Positions 1 through 15,300 of a stretch of DNA of 64,000 nt are shown in pieces. The DNA comes from Azolla caroliniana (lineage: Eukaryota; Plantae; Polypodiophyta): positions 24,862,001 through 24,926,000 of the forward strand of contig JBHGNT010000003.1 of NCBI GenBank assembly GCA_043228905.1, written 5' to 3'. A program made the translations under genes and the position numbers. The notes beneath the pieces are model-generated. The model saw only the letters and a list, made by a program, of their open reading frames with translations. It did no database searches and had not been told where the DNA came from. Each line of letters begins with the position of its first letter. The first letter of the stretch is position 1.

Positions 1-327
1 TTGAGAAACAAAGGCTCTGCCATCCTTACGATTCTCTGGTAGAAATTTTACAAACTTCAGTTTGAAATGGTCTATGCTTCTTATGGAATGCAACAATTCA
101 ACAATTTTTTATCCAGAAGGATGTAAAAGACTTTTTTCCTTAATTGTAACAGCTCTAAATTTAGAAGCTCCAGTTTCAAAATGTAACATACATTTTATAA
201 ATGGGGACAATCTGCTGCAAATCTTCTATAGTGTTGAGTTTTCCACAATGAAAAATTGCAAATTACGTTAAGATTTAAAATTAGAAATGTATTTAATAAA
301 CATAAGTGGGATCCTAACGAGATCAAC

Positions 328-3300
328 CTCATCTCCTGATGTTTCTGGAGCGTCTTTGAGAAGTGTCAAGACAGAGACCCTTGGAACTAGTGGCCGTTCT
401 TTATGTGCATTGGCCTCAGCAATCGCCACCTTTTTGGAAACACAGGCACAAACTTAAATAAACACTTCCCAGACATATACCCTAATTTCAAAAAATTATC
501 CATATCCAAAATATTATATTACCTGTAATTCTTCACCAATCTTCATAGTTCGGAAAGTGGCAACAGTTGTGCCAGTATGAAAAGAATGAAGGACTATATG
601 CTCAACCTACATTCAGAGACTTCCATAAGTAAAACCACATGCCAATGGAAAACAAGACAGTAAGCTTTACTAGAAATAACTGAAAAATGAGATAAGGGTA
701 CACTCGTTCCAACAACATGCATGAGAGAACAAGGGAACCTTAATTGATGCATAAATCAATGTAAATATACTTAACACAAACATTACCATTGAATTTGAAT
801 ACTAACATTATGTACATAGTCGATTGATATAGCTGACATATAAGGATGGAAAAAAAACAATGAAAATAAAGACATAGATTCTAAGCTCATAACTCTTCTA
901 CATGTCTGCTATAATTTTCTAATAATGTATTTCACTTAAGATGTAATCTCTTGTCTGGTCTTATAGGCCCTTTTGGCATCTTAAAAGGCATTAATATATC
1001 TTTCTTTCCTTCTTTTCCCAAAAACCTGTGGAGGTCTTCAAGATGCTGCACTATCAAATCTCACACGAGTTCATCAACAAAGAAAAAACACAACTTTCTT
1101 TAGCCCCATCACTCCTACTCATTCTACAAGTTAATCAAGGACCCAAGACATTGCAAAGGCGTTACAATAAATCGGCCAATAGAAATTTTTTGTGCATGTA
1201 GGCGCTGGTCCATGGACCATTGTCTCACCACCCTTGTCCTAGACAGATGACGGTCATTATCTCCCACCATCGCAAGTGCTTCCCACGCTTTGGACACCTC
1301 TCATTCTGGATCAACCTATGCTAAAGATATTTTGAAGAAAAAGAATTTCAATATATCTAACTTGAGAATCTTACATGTATAGATGATGGGATTCTTTAGT
1401 CATGTCTTATCCAACATGTGAAAAGGATGCACAAGGATGTTATGCTCATCCTAGAAAACGATCATGGTTGAGAATACCATAAGTTCATTGTGGATTGTTG
1501 TTCCCAAAGAAAAGATAACATTTTAATATGTAATTTCTTGTTTGGTCTTATAGGTCATTTTGTTGCCCAGAGAACCACATCATAAGACAAGAGCAATAAG
1601 GTAACTTGTTGCATAAGTTTTGGAGCATCTAATCCTTGTCTTGCAACCGTATTCACCATTTCTTCCAATTTATCAATACATAAACCGACGAGTGTAGGTG
1701 ATAGTGGACATCCTTCTTTAACCCCCATGTTGCTTAAAAAGTATTCTGAGAATCCATTCTCAGTTTTTAGTTGGCATCTAACTTGCTAATATAAACTTGC
1801 AATAGCAACTCGATACTCTAATGGCATGCCAATTTCCACCATTTGATTCCAAAGTTCACTTTGTGGTACTATGTCAAAAGATTTTCTTAAAATCAACAAA
1901 ACAATAGTAGCGTGTTCTTCCCTGTAGCCAACTTTCTTGCATAATTACTCTTAATATAACCAAACGATCCACATTGGAGTGTTTTGGTCTAAAACCCGAT
2001 TCCCCAAGCATTCGTTTGTTTCTACTTTCCTTATCTTTTGCTCCATAAGAGTGTTATACAATCCAGCAATGGTTTGATATTGTGATATTTTGGCATGCAA
2101 ATCACAGTGATTTTGTGATAATTTGATACTAGATTCTTAACAATAGTTTGATTTTGTGATAATTTGATATAGAAATCATCCTGATTTTGTGATAATTTGA
2201 TATAGAAATAGTCCTGATTTTGTGATATGAATCTTGATTTTAATCTCCTACTTTGAAATTTGGCTTAATCCAATTAATAAGATAATCATTCGGCAAACCT
2301 TCTTTAATAGCTTGATCTTAATGGTCATTATTCAATGACAAGTATATGGTATTGTCCATTTTAAGAGCTCACTTGTAGCTATATTTTCTGATCCCTTATT
2401 AATGTCCTCAATATCAATGCATGGATTTACGAGATGTTCCAATGCTCTCAACCATAGGAGCCACTCCCTCATGCATATATAGCCTTTGTACATATTCTAG
2501 CATCTCATCATTTGTAAATTCACTTTTGATATATTCCTTTTTACCCTTGAGTTGTCTTCGTGCTAGTTTTGATTGGCACTTAAACAACATTTTCTTTTTC
2601 CTTTCTTCCATTTGGAAGTATCATCTTTTTTAATCGTCACTAACTTTCGATATTGGTGTGAAGATAGGTCTTACTTTCCTCATCAAACCAAGAATTACAT
2701 GGGAAACTGGATCTTTAACATCCACCAACACACATTTGAAAGCATTGATATCCTACCTTAAGGATGTAACCTTTCAAATGTTTCCAATTTTCTTTGATAT
2801 CATTGTCTAGAGAGACCTTTGACAAATGGTTCTCGACTTTTGTTGCATATTTCCTAGCTTTGTTTTAACAAGGTCGAAAAAAGTATCTTCTTTCCTCATT
2901 CACTCCACTACATTTGGAGTGAAAAAGTGTAAGGTCCAAGTACACAAGCTTACGAGATGAGTCAGGAAATAGAGGACCAATCTTAAATGCATTCACATGG
3001 ATAGACTGCATGCCTTCATTATTATATAATCTGCCACACTTCCTCTACCTGAGGCTGGTAAACATGTGTGTATATTTGTCAAAGGAAAAACATGTACACC
3101 AAGCATATGTATCAGAATCTTTCCATAATCCATCACAACACAATCCTTTGAATCATGTAATAGACAAGGACCCACTAAATTTTCTTCTAATATCTCCACA
3201 TTTTGGTATTTTCCAACTCTAGCATCAAAATCTCCCATAGTCAACACTATACTAAGATTCTAAAAAAAAGTATATCTTAACATAAGTTTGTGGAAGGATC

Positions 3301-6300
3301 ATCGCGTTCCAACCCAAATCTACTATATTAATTTCACCTTTTTTGAGGAATGTAGCATGTGGCTAAGTAGAGCTTATATTTGCCCAAAGTAATTTTTATT
3401 TATTGGCATAGCTTATAATCATCATACTTAAATACTCCTATATAATTATCTAAGCTTTCATGGTAAATACATGATATCCTTGCATGTCCAATATTCCTTT
3501 TGTGATGAGGCCATATCAGTTTTTTCTGCCACTCTATTTAATCTCTCTCTCCATCTAAGTGGTTGTGCTTCCCTCACTCACTAAGGGGAGAAGAACATCC
3601 TGTAATCTTCAACCAATTCTGCGCTTCAATGTAATTACCAGGTTTTTATAAAGTAACCATCCATTTTAGGTATGCATTTTACCTCACAAATTTGATAGAC
3701 TTATCCCAAAAATAAGTCCATCATGTTTATCTTTAGATACACCCTACGACTATCTAAAATGATAGCTCTTTTGCGTTCATCTAGGAGATGTAAAGTTTCA
3801 TCATTCCAATTAAGCTCGCAGCAATACCTAGTATCTTAGGCAAATGTATTAATTTACTTATTTATATAACAATTTTGACATTATCAGATTATCTCTCTTT
3901 CAATCTCATAAGCCTTTTTGGCCTCTTTAAGAAACATCAAGATATCTTTCTTTCCTTTCATTATAGACATTGCAGATATTGAGAGTGATTGATTAGGTGT
4001 CTATCATTTTCAATCCCAAGATTTCAAAAACGGAAATGCAGTATTGGGAAAAAGCTTCTGAAAACTGGTATATTCACTACTGTATCATTTTGTGCAAAAA
4101 TTGAATTAACAAAACCATTGAAATCATACCTCCAATGGATCTAAGAATTTTCTCCTCAACTTAGAAAGCGCTATAGACTTTTTTTCACTCTCCCATTGTA
4201 GTTCTTGTTTGACTTCAGTGATTTTGGCCTGAATCTCATCCTCAATCATGCTTAAAGATAATAAGGGTCATATAATCAACAATGGTTTCTATATTAGCCA
4301 AAAACATAAAATTTCAACATAGTCCGCTTATCCATATCTGATACAGTGCATGATCTAGTGTTGCTAGTGATCAACGTAGTGTATTTTATTCAATTCAAGA
4401 ACATGTGACTTACACAGGTTAATAAAAAGTATTAAACTTTTATAATTGGATACCTCCTAAGGCTAGGATCAATTTCAAAGTCTTCCAATGGCAGTCTTTC
4501 ATTTGACTCATGTTCCCTATTTTCCTTCATGAGTTCAGCTAGATCTTTCTGGATCAGGACCACTCTCTTTTTCAACTTGTCTTTTTTTTGCAAAGCCATC
4601 TTTAACTTGTTTTCTTGCTCGGTCTTCTGTTTATCTTCCTCAATGCTGTAAACACCTGTACCTATATCTTTTGCTTCAACCTCCCTTACTCCCATATCTG
4701 TACTGCACATATGTCATCACAAGTGCAAAGAGAAGGAATTACATACCTTAACCAAATTATGCTTGGAAAATGATATCGAATGGGTATGGTCTATTTTTTC
4801 TAGATTTGAATGTCTAACCACAAAATAAACATAAATTCAAAAAGTTAACCACTGTTAATAAATGAAAACTACTGACATACAATTCTGCCAAAATAATCTT
4901 CACTGCTTGCAAACCATTCCAAGATTTTTCATTCCACTATATGAAGAATCTTGGCACTACATCAGAAAAAGTGTAATTCATGGGGAGGGAGAGAGTCAGA
5001 GCCAGTTTACTCCACGATTGAGGTGAAATAAGGATATACATTTTCTCCAACCCTTTTAGGACTGCCACCTAGGTATCTGATGAAGCTTGGCAAAACCAAA
5101 ATCATGATCTTTATCTTTAATATTATTGTATAGTGAATCAATAGAGCATATATATCTTTGGAATAGTGTTTATTATAACCACCTTTTTACGTTACGGTTG
5201 AAGAGGCCAAACAAATTAGATGGTATATACACCTAAGTAATAAATAGATCTGACCATGGTGAGTGTTATGAAATCAATTTCATGAGTCTATACTAGAGCT
5301 CGAATTGGAGTGTCAGCGTTTCAAGGCCCAAGGATAGACTCACCTTGACTATACTCAAGTTGGAGGGGAAAATTAATCTAGACTGTATGTACATTCATAC
5401 AAGCAAAAGCCAGATATGGTGTTATTGAGTTATTGTGATGACTCTATATTAGAACTCAAACTAGAGACTGTCTAGCATTTCGAGACCAGAAAGGATTTCA
5501 ATTACATGGGCCAACTATCACTGGGTCATGAGTGCTACATGTTGGCTTGAGACACATAGGGTATCATAACAGAGATGAATTCACATTTACAAAATATAGC
5601 ATATCGCAGGTAAGAAAGAAAGAAAGAAAGATATATTAACGTCTTTTAAGAGGCCAAAATGGCCTATAAGACCAAATAAGAGATTACATCTTAAGTGTTG
5701 TCTCGTCTTTGAGAACAAATCAAAATAAAATAAATATTACACAGTAAATATAAAAGTAAATAAGATGAAAAGAAAAGAAACGAGGGAATCTGGTTTTTGG
5801 CACATGTGAGATTCTCAAGTTAGGTATATTGTAGCTTTTGTCAAAGATGATAACTACCTGATCTAAAATCATCCTGAATCGGCAAGTTGAATGGGAGTTT
5901 CTCAAATTTAAGTTGGTGGATATAAAAACTCCCATCATGTGCGGCACTCGCCTGTCAACAATGCTCCAATAGAGTGCGTAAACTTTCAGAACAGATCATC
6001 AAATACTTATGTCAACTGTTTGTGTAAAATAACTCACCAAATACTGGTGATCAAAACTAATCATTGCTCCACTTACAGCACCATTAATGCCATCATGTAC
6101 TCGACCCTGTAACCAGCCTCCATATGGCATTCACAACTCATGAGTAAACCATCAAGAGAATAATCTCACAACTTAAATTCACTCCCTTAAGCTTGAGGTT
6201 TTTGGTTCCAAGCATGTATCCCATTTTGAAGTTATGAGTAAAAGATCGAAATTAACCTCCCAAAACACATGATGCTGCAATATTGACAATTGTCCAGGTG

Positions 6301-9300
6301 TAGGAGCTGTTTGGATTCGAATAATTCCATCATCATGACCTGAAATTATGTACTGATGAGACTCTGAGTACCTGCAGCACCAATACACAATGACATCCTA
6401 TAACCATACTCTTTTCTCAATTCCAAAAAATATTTCTTAAAATCCAACTAAGAAAGTAAAAGAATATTGTAAACAATAGATCTGAGATGTACAAAATAAC
6501 ATTCACCAGAGGGATTATTCAGGACATTAAACGAGTTAATGCAGATGCTGAGAGCTCCACTACCACAGTAGAATTTCCAGAATGGATGCCAATTAGTGTC
6601 CTTATTAGATATAAAAAACAATGGGAAGTAGACCCAGACAGATGTAACAACGATGCAGCTTCTAAAATCTGGATCTTGGAGGATACATGCCTGAAGAACA
6701 TGACGTGGGATCCAGCAGAACTAGGATGGACAACTCCAAAAGGTAATATTCAGTTTTTCCGTTATTCGTCTAAGCTTGGCCACAGTATTCTACAGCGCAA
6801 GAACTTGGAGCAAGAGGGCCTTTCTAGAAAGTGGATCAAGGAAGACTTGGATTATGATTTCCTAAATCAATACTGGAAACAATTATGGGCCACTAAGATT
6901 GCTGAAAAGATAAAAACTTTCTTATGGCTATGTTGCCACAGATCTCTTCCAGTAGGCGCTTGGCTGCAGAAAAGTGGAATTGATGGGAACTGCAGGTTGT
7001 GCTCTTCAGGACTCGAATCTCTAGAGCATTGCTTATAGGAATGCTCTCATGCACAGGAAGTTTGGTTGAAAAGTGATGAGAATACTAATGAAGAGCAGGC
7101 TGGAAGGTTGTACGGTTTGGTTCGGTTTGAGAGTGTCAAAACCGAACCAATTTGAAACCGAATCATTTAAAATTTTTGAAACTTGAACCGAACCAAACTG
7201 AACCACGAAACCATTTGAACCAAATTTTTAAAAAATCCAAACCGTTAAAACCGCAGTTTCGTGGTTCAGTTCAGTTTTCAACTTTGTCAAAATTCAAATT
7301 TTAAAAAATTTCATTATTTTAAATTTTAAATTTTCAAAATATTAAATATTTTCCTAAAATGTGATAATTTAATTTTTAAAAATTAAACTTTAAAAACCAT
7401 TAAACCGTTTAAACAGCGGTTTCGAACTGTTGAAACTGAACCAAAATCGAACTGTTAAAAAAAACTTGAACCTGAACCAAACTGTTTAAACCATCAAGCT
7501 GTTAAGCATGGTTGCCTACTGTTACTGGAAAGCTCCATAACTTTGGGATTTGCAATATGGTGGAGATTGGAGAAGAAAGCTTGGATATCAGGAGACCTAG
7601 GTGGGCTGAAGGCATTTCGTGTGCAAAGAAATAAATGCACTGTAGAACCATCAAGGAATAATTTGGTGTTCGAATAGGCTGAGTGACATCTGGCCCACCA
7701 TAGCCTCTATCATGCTATGGAACATTTGGAAATCTAGATGCAAAGTAGGTCTCACAGGAGAAGAAAGTTGACCAAAAGAGACAATCACTGCTCTATGGTA
7801 TGATCTGATTACGAATATACGAGCTCAATATGAAGAGTTGGAAGGAACTTCAGACACAGTGGAAGCTGCGAGACTTTCCTTTCAACAATCATGGTTAGAT
7901 TCGCCCTTGGTGGATTATGTAGATGGCTTGCCAAAGTGGTGTTACACCACGTCAAAATGGTTATTTCCACCTTGGCAGCCCAACCAGGAAGGTACATGGT
8001 ATTTTTCTGAAATTTTACATACTGCAAGATGATAAACACATACTGGGGTAGTGTGGTTGAATGTCTATCATGACATTTCTGGTGTACATATTGGTGTAAA
8101 GACACTCTACCTAACTAATGGGAAGTATCTTTTTTTTTTGTAACTACTCTAGGTTATGTAACTGACGTAGATTCAATCAAATAAGTTTACTGCACATAAA
8201 GATTGACTATTTGTTGCCATATCTCTTTTTGTGCAGTTAAATCTCGTTTTATAGTTCCTTTAGGGAGGATAGTCTATTCTATTATAAACTCTTCAAATAT
8301 CATGCAGTAAAGAACCTCACAGGCTGATATAAGTGTACATATTTTTAAAAGAATAACATATTAATCTTCAATTTATATAGATTATAACTCACCTAAGACA
8401 TCTTATAGGCGTAGAATGCCACCTTGCAACACCCATTACCTCCTTCATATCAATGTGGCATTCAAATATATATCCTGCTGCATTGCCCTGCATCACAAGT
8501 TCTATGAGTTTCTCGTTATTATGTGTAGAATCTATATAATGCTCCACTAATGACATGTACACGTTACCTCCAAGGCTATGTAAAATGTGTTGAGGACACT
8601 ATTTGTGTAAAGCAGTGCACAGACTGCTAAAACAGAGTTTTTATCCTGTTGGGCATTCTGCCCACCTGAAGGCAGAGCTTCTACAGAATCAGATTGCTTT
8701 GTAGAGTAGACAGCATCTTTACTGGCAGTAGGATCCTTGGTTGATCCTATTGACGTTTCTTTCTGGTTTTCTTCACAAACATCTCTAGACTGGATGTCTG
8801 TTTTCAGCTCTTCTTTACTTTTGTTAATCTCTTCTGTTTGTACAGTTTCACTAATGTCACTTTTTGGTTTATTGGTTTCCTCCTGGATTGGAGAATTTTG
8901 CACTGCCATTTCTTGATCAGCTTTCAAAGATTTGTCTTCCTATGGCCGAACATTCTCATCATTAAAACCAAGTGAAAATATGTTTATTTACTTCTACAAA
9001 GATAAAAGTGGAGAACGATTATCTCTACATGAGATTCTGTATTGCTTGACACATTTTGAGGAATCTCTGGCAAAATAAATGTGTATAACTTTGAAGGAAG
9101 ATTCAGCTCGAAAGTGAATTTTGTGTCTGTATCATATCCTATACCACCAAATTCATTGTTTTGTCAGGATGTCTATGTACTCACAAAGCACAAAAACTTT
9201 ATAACGCATAACATCAATTAGAAAACATACAAAATTAGCTATGAGAAACTCTTTAATATTCTTGCCATTTCATTAGTACCAGGGCGTGGGACTTCAAGAA

Positions 9301-12300
9301 CTTCTCCATTACTGCAACCAATAAGCAAATTTGCACCACTTGGTGACCAATCAATACACGTCACTGGTCCTGAGGCTTTGATGTATCTATACAGTAATAT
9401 AAATTGCAAAGTTATATCAAGGTTTCTAACAATAACAATATTCCGGATAGTGAGTATCAGTGGCTTAAGGCAGAATGAAGAAAGAAACAAAGATATAGTA
9501 ATGTCTTTTAAGAGGCCAAAATATAATGGCCTATAAGACCAAACAAGAAATTACATCTTAAATGTTGTCTCATCTTTGAGAACAAGAAATGAGAATAAAT
9601 GTTACTAAGTAATTAAGCAAATAAAATAAAAAGTGACTAAAGAATCTTCTTATCAATACATGTAAGATTCTAAAGTCTAAATTGTAGTTTTTGACTTCAA
9701 AGGATCTCTCTTATATGTCTACCCAGAAAGGAAAGATCTCCAAAGCGAGGGAAGCACCTGTCAGCGCAGAAGATAATGGCCTTTACATGTCGATGCCAAG
9801 GGTGGTGAAACCATGCTTCATGAGGCCAAGTCCAACGTGCACGGAAAATTACTAGTCTGATCTATTGTAACCCCTTTGTTATGACCTAGTGGATAGCCTA
9901 TTTGTGTAGCCATTGATTGACATGTAGCATGAGTAGGAGTGATGGGGCTAAAGAAAGTTGCAATTGTTCTTTGTTAATGTGTTTTTGTGGTTGTATTGTC
10001 GTCCAACACTTTTTACCTGTGTCTTTTGAGTTCTAGCAAGAAAAGCCCCAAGCACTGTCTATCCTCATATTCCATTACCTTGTGTAGTGGGTCAAAACCT
10101 TGCTTAACGAAGCACTAGTATCACCCTCTTATTTCATAAAAAACACCATATGACAAACATAGTGCTCTTCAGCTTCCACTTCCTCATGACACAATTTAAA
10201 TTCTAGAAGTATTTGTGCATATCTGCCTACCTCATCTAATTGATGTGAGAAGTTTGCAGCTGCCCTATCAGACTGCATAGCGCATAAGGTAGATGTATAC
10301 ACATAAGATGTCCTGATTAATCCATCCTCCATAAGGTAGTGTCTTATAGTGGGCCATCTTCGTACCGAGTGATATTTTGGGGCTGATCCATGTTATCTTG
10401 TTTTCCATGTTAATAATATCAGTTTGGACCACTCTATTCTTTTCCACTTTGGTCATGTTTAGATGGGGACCATCCAAGCTATATTGGAATGGAGGTAATG
10501 CATTTACCCTTATGCCATGTGGCTTGAAACATTGTTTTATTTCATGTTCAGCATGTTGTTTTGATGGCATAAAGTGCCAACCTTGTGTACCTTAGTTTAG
10601 GGAGCGGATCTTCCAAAGCCATTGGATATAGGTCACTAATCAGAATAATGCCTTGATAATAAGATATATTAGCATCTTTTAAGAGACCAAAATTGCCTAT
10701 AAGACCAAACAAGAAATTACATCTTAAAATGTTGTCTAATCTTTGAGAACAGCAGAAAAACTAACGAAGAAAAATGGACTGGACATGAAGGGTATAATAT
10801 TAGGATAATAAACATTTTTCCTCTTAATATTCTCAGGTCAGGAAACATACTTCTTACCCCAATGGCTTGTACTTCTTTGATGAGTGGAAGAAGAAGACAG
10901 TAGAATCAAGTGACGCCGTTGCTAAGATTTCTCCATCTGCTGTGTAGCTTAAGGCTGTTACATCCATCTTCAACCAACCATACACAAAAATAAGTAAAGA
11001 AGACGCCTTATTATTACCAATATATCTAGCTTCGCATGATAAATGAAGCTTTTAAAGAAACATGGCAGACAGTCTATAACAGTATCATGTCCACTTTACA
11101 CAGCAATACACCCATGTTTAACATTTTCAGAAATAGAAAATAAGTTGTCATAATTACAATGTAAGTTTTCACTGTAAATATATATATTGTAATTGAAATC
11201 ATTCTTCTTTGAAGTTCAAAGGTATTATTATTGAGCATATTTTTATAAGATCTTACTACTAACTTAATGCATTCTAAAGATTTCATGCCCCTCTACTCAA
11301 TATCAGTTCAAGATTTGGTCAATGCCAAGATTTTGAGACGTCAAACATCCGAAAATTCCATCTATTTCAAGCAAATTTTTCAAGTTGGTAGTCATTTTAT
11401 AAAGGACCAATATCCACAATCATCGACAACAAATATAACAATTCCCAAAATGAGCCTCTTACCACATGTGGCTTTTTAGCATTTGCGAGCACCCATTGAC
11501 TGCGATCTTGAGAGAGAATCCTTATCACACCATCAGAAAATCCAGCAATGACTGTTTTACATAGTGGATCTACAGTGGTTGATGGCCAAAGTATAGATGA
11601 TGCTCCACTTGAAAACCACCTTGCATATACTTGCTTCTTCTCATTAAAATGAAACAACCTTATCTGATTACAGAATTACTTAGTGAAGACGTGAAAGTAC
11701 CAGTTTTCTTATCATAGATAAATCAGACATAGCCTTTCATTCTTACGAGTTATGACAGGGAATGTGCATCCCAAGAATCATATAGTATCATAAAATAGAT
11801 TAATGCTGCGTAGACAAAAATTGTCTGAAAATTAGGCGAAAAGAAGTTCTTGGGAAAATACCGAGTAATCAGAACCTGATGTGGCCAGTAAATGACAATT
11901 TGGGGAGACTGATAATCCTGTAATGATGCCGGAATGAAATTCAAGCACTTTCTCTACCTCAAAGGATGGCACATTAACTTTACACAAAGCTCCATTTTCA
12001 TCCTGTTATGATGAAATTGAAGAACAATGAGACAAAATGGATCGAAAAACTTGGCTAACTGGACACATATGATCAATAAATTGAAACAAATTTGGAGTTT
12101 TTTTCAAAGCAGAAATTATGAATATCATTGGTCTTCAGACTAAATTAAATGACTTTAAGGTGAGCGTACATGCCTTGAATATCTTAAGAATAGTTCTCAC
12201 CTGAATAAGCCAATGATCCTCAGCAACTATGATCCCTTTGATTGAACACCTTTCATCTACTTGTAGCTCACGCAACGGATTCACTTCACAAACAGTCTTC

Positions 12301-15300
12301 TCATCTCCATCATCAGCTGCATCCAGCCACTTTATACACTCTTGTATTATGAGTAATTGTGTTAATTTAAAGATTATTTTATTAAAATGTATGTATAGAA
12401 GCATGGAATGGTGGGAAGAATGAAAGAAAGAAAGATATATTAGCATCTTTTAAGAGAAGATACTTGGTCTATGAAGTAAGTTGCAACCACAGATTGCTAG
12501 GCACACATGCATTGTCAAGAAAAATCCAGGTTTAACTTATGAAATTATAATGCATGATCTTGCTAGTCTGCACCCAAAGGTTACGGTGTTATTTGGCATT
12601 AAGTCTACATTTTTTGACATGTTTTTTCTCAGTGTCCCCTTTCTTTGTACTGCTAAAGTCAGTTTGATAAAATCTTAGTAAAAAATGATAGTATTTAGTA
12701 GAAAACAATATCACAAATTTGTATAATAAATCATCCGTCAGATGATTTGGCATCTAAACCTATGCTCAATATACAAGCTAACATGCAACCGATATTTTTC
12801 CAACCATTCAGCCCTCTCGTTCATTTATGTGCCTCATCTCATCCGATCGATGATCGTATTAACTGGACAGTCAGTCACTTCTGCTGCTGTTGAAATGAGC
12901 TCTTATGTGGTTTATGCTGATGAGCTGCAGATTTAAGCATCCAATTCTCAAACCAAAACATAATATTTATGTACTTCAAGTGTTTCCCTCTTCGTTTTCG
13001 GATTCTTATCAAATGCTCTCATACTACCCAGATTAGGCTAATGCTGGAGCAAGACAGGCCCAGACTACAGAAGAAATGAACCTCTCTATATAAATTGTCA
13101 TTTCTTTGCCCCACACCAATATAAGCCAAATCTGCTTTGGAAGATCTAGACAATTGTTCAGCAACATATGAAGAGAAGGTAGTTTAGTTTTTTTTTTCAT
13201 AAAAATATCCTCCATTGGTATTAAAATTAAAGTGGCCAGGGGCAATATACAAATAGTATATAAACTATGTCATCTCAACAATTATAGATCATCCAAGAAA
13301 GGACCAAAGATAAGTGATGTCATTTGGCAAGATACCTTCTTGCCTCATTCAATCAAAGAATTTTATTACCTCGTCATGAACACCATATTCTACATAGCCT
13401 TGCTGAGAGTGCAGCCTTGTTGCACCAATAAAACTGCACAACCCAGGTATGCTCTGGTCACACTTATTCCTCTCTAGCTCATTGGAGTGCTTCTGATACC
13501 ACCGTTTTTTTATGTGAGATAGGAAGATTTCTATTTGATTTATCCATTACATAGAAGAACTTTGATGACCTTTCCCGTTGAGGGCCAAAATCACTATCTC
13601 AGAGAGAAACTTGCCCACAAACAAACCATTTTTTTGAAAACGAACTTATGCATCTCTGGCTCTCTTTTGTGTGTGTGTGTGTGTTTTGCTTCTAGAATCT
13701 GCATACATCCATGGCTGTGTATTTCTCTTTTCCTCCAAAATTTCCATTCCTCACAATTTTTTGAAAACAATTACTTATGCATCTCTGGCTCTCTTTTGTG
13801 TGTGTGTGTGTTTTGCTGCTAGAATATGCATGCATCCATGGCTGTGTATTTCTCTTTTCCTCCAAAATTTCCATTCCTCACCTCTATCATCAATTAGTAC
13901 CTTTATATTATTCACTTTCCTTTAACCTTGCAAAATGCATATAGTCCTGTCCCAGTGAAACCAAGAAGCGGACCTAAAACATTTAACCAGTCAAAAAGAT
14001 AAACCTCCAAATCATACCCACCCTAATACCACAGTAAACAAGTCCTTCAGATTCCCACAAATTGTTTTGAGTCAAGGGAGAGTTAAGTGTTGTCTTCAAA
14101 AAGAATGCCAAAATGCATGAAGCCAACACAACAAGTTGAAACCCTGTTTCAGACACTCGAAGAAAATTCATGGTTCTCTCTAAATCTTCATTTAAAATTG
14201 CCCATAGTGCCAATATGGGTCCACAGATCATAACATTACACCACATAAGACCAAACTGTTGAGCCCACTTGTTTTACCAAAATGAGAGATGATTGAGAGA
14301 TATATAGCAGTTGTCAAATTTGATAGCAGAACCACCATGTAACCGTGCAAAGTGAAAGACAGATCTCGTGAACCAGCTACAAATGCACCCAACACTATAA
14401 TTTCGACACTAGCAATAACATATCTCTTATTGATGCCATGCCAATTATATTCATAGCATCCACTAGCAATAAACCTATCATTCTCATATCCTGCCAGTAA
14501 GATCTGGATATGTATCTTTTGTCCAATAATAATTGACTTCAAATTGCCACAAGCTCTCACTTCAGCTTGCATTTTGTCAAAATAGTTTAATGCCTCTACT
14601 GAAGGTCCATGTTCCACGTATCCTGAAATTAGGGCAGTCCATGAAACAACAGTATAACTACATAATGTAGTGAAAACATGTTGTGACTCAAACATGTAGC
14701 ATACAAATCCACCAAACTGTTACCAACAAAATGGTCATCCTCAAATCCCTTACATACAATATCTGTATGAATTTCCCATCCTTCATTGAGAGCTTGTATG
14801 CTACCTAATTGCTCCAACGCTACCAGATGCTTTCAATATACAAGCAAGAGTAACTACATTCAGCATAGTGAAGAGAAGGTAGTTAATTTCACTTCATTCA
14901 ATTTAGTAACTTATGGAGTTTAGTCTCTACATTAGATCATGTATAGAAAGTATCAGGAAAATTGCTTTGTATATGGAAAAGAATGAAGGTAGATTTTAAA
15001 AAATTACATGCTATTTATACCAGTTTGTTCAACTTGGAAACCAATACCTCTGCTAAAATTATTTACTCAACCAATTGACATTTTGATAATTTGAATTAGA
15101 CTGGAATTGGTGGAATAAATGATAGTGAATCTACCTCAAGACTCCAAAATCTGACACAACCATCTATTCCAGCAGTGAGCATCTCGTTCACCTTTTCATC
15201 CAACTGAATAAATTCAATCATGCCCTCATGGCATGGTTGGCCCCCAGGTCTTTTAAGCTGGCATTTTATTAACCCATCATCCCAAACAAGAACTGTCCCT

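Larger units (their letters stand above)
13185..14868 (-). pseudogene. Chimeric processed retrocopy (PLS-PPR fragments plus nucleotide-sugar transporter 3' half) inside a CFAP44 intron
   Basis: Perfect 16-bp direct repeat TGAAGAGAAGGTAGTT at 13169-13184 and 14869-14884. A T10 tract at 13188-13197 is poly(A) on the minus strand. Coding fragments inside are disabled. Confidence 0.85.

Noticed and set aside
2070-2240. Repeat array as CRISPR-like
   Set aside because: Eukaryotic context, degenerate units, no unique regular spacers and no cas genes.
14228-14695. 155-aa PPR-transporter fusion ORF as a functional new gene
   Set aside because: Both parts are internally deleted and frameshifted, the start is not a clear ATG, and it lies inside the TSD-flanked retrocopy.
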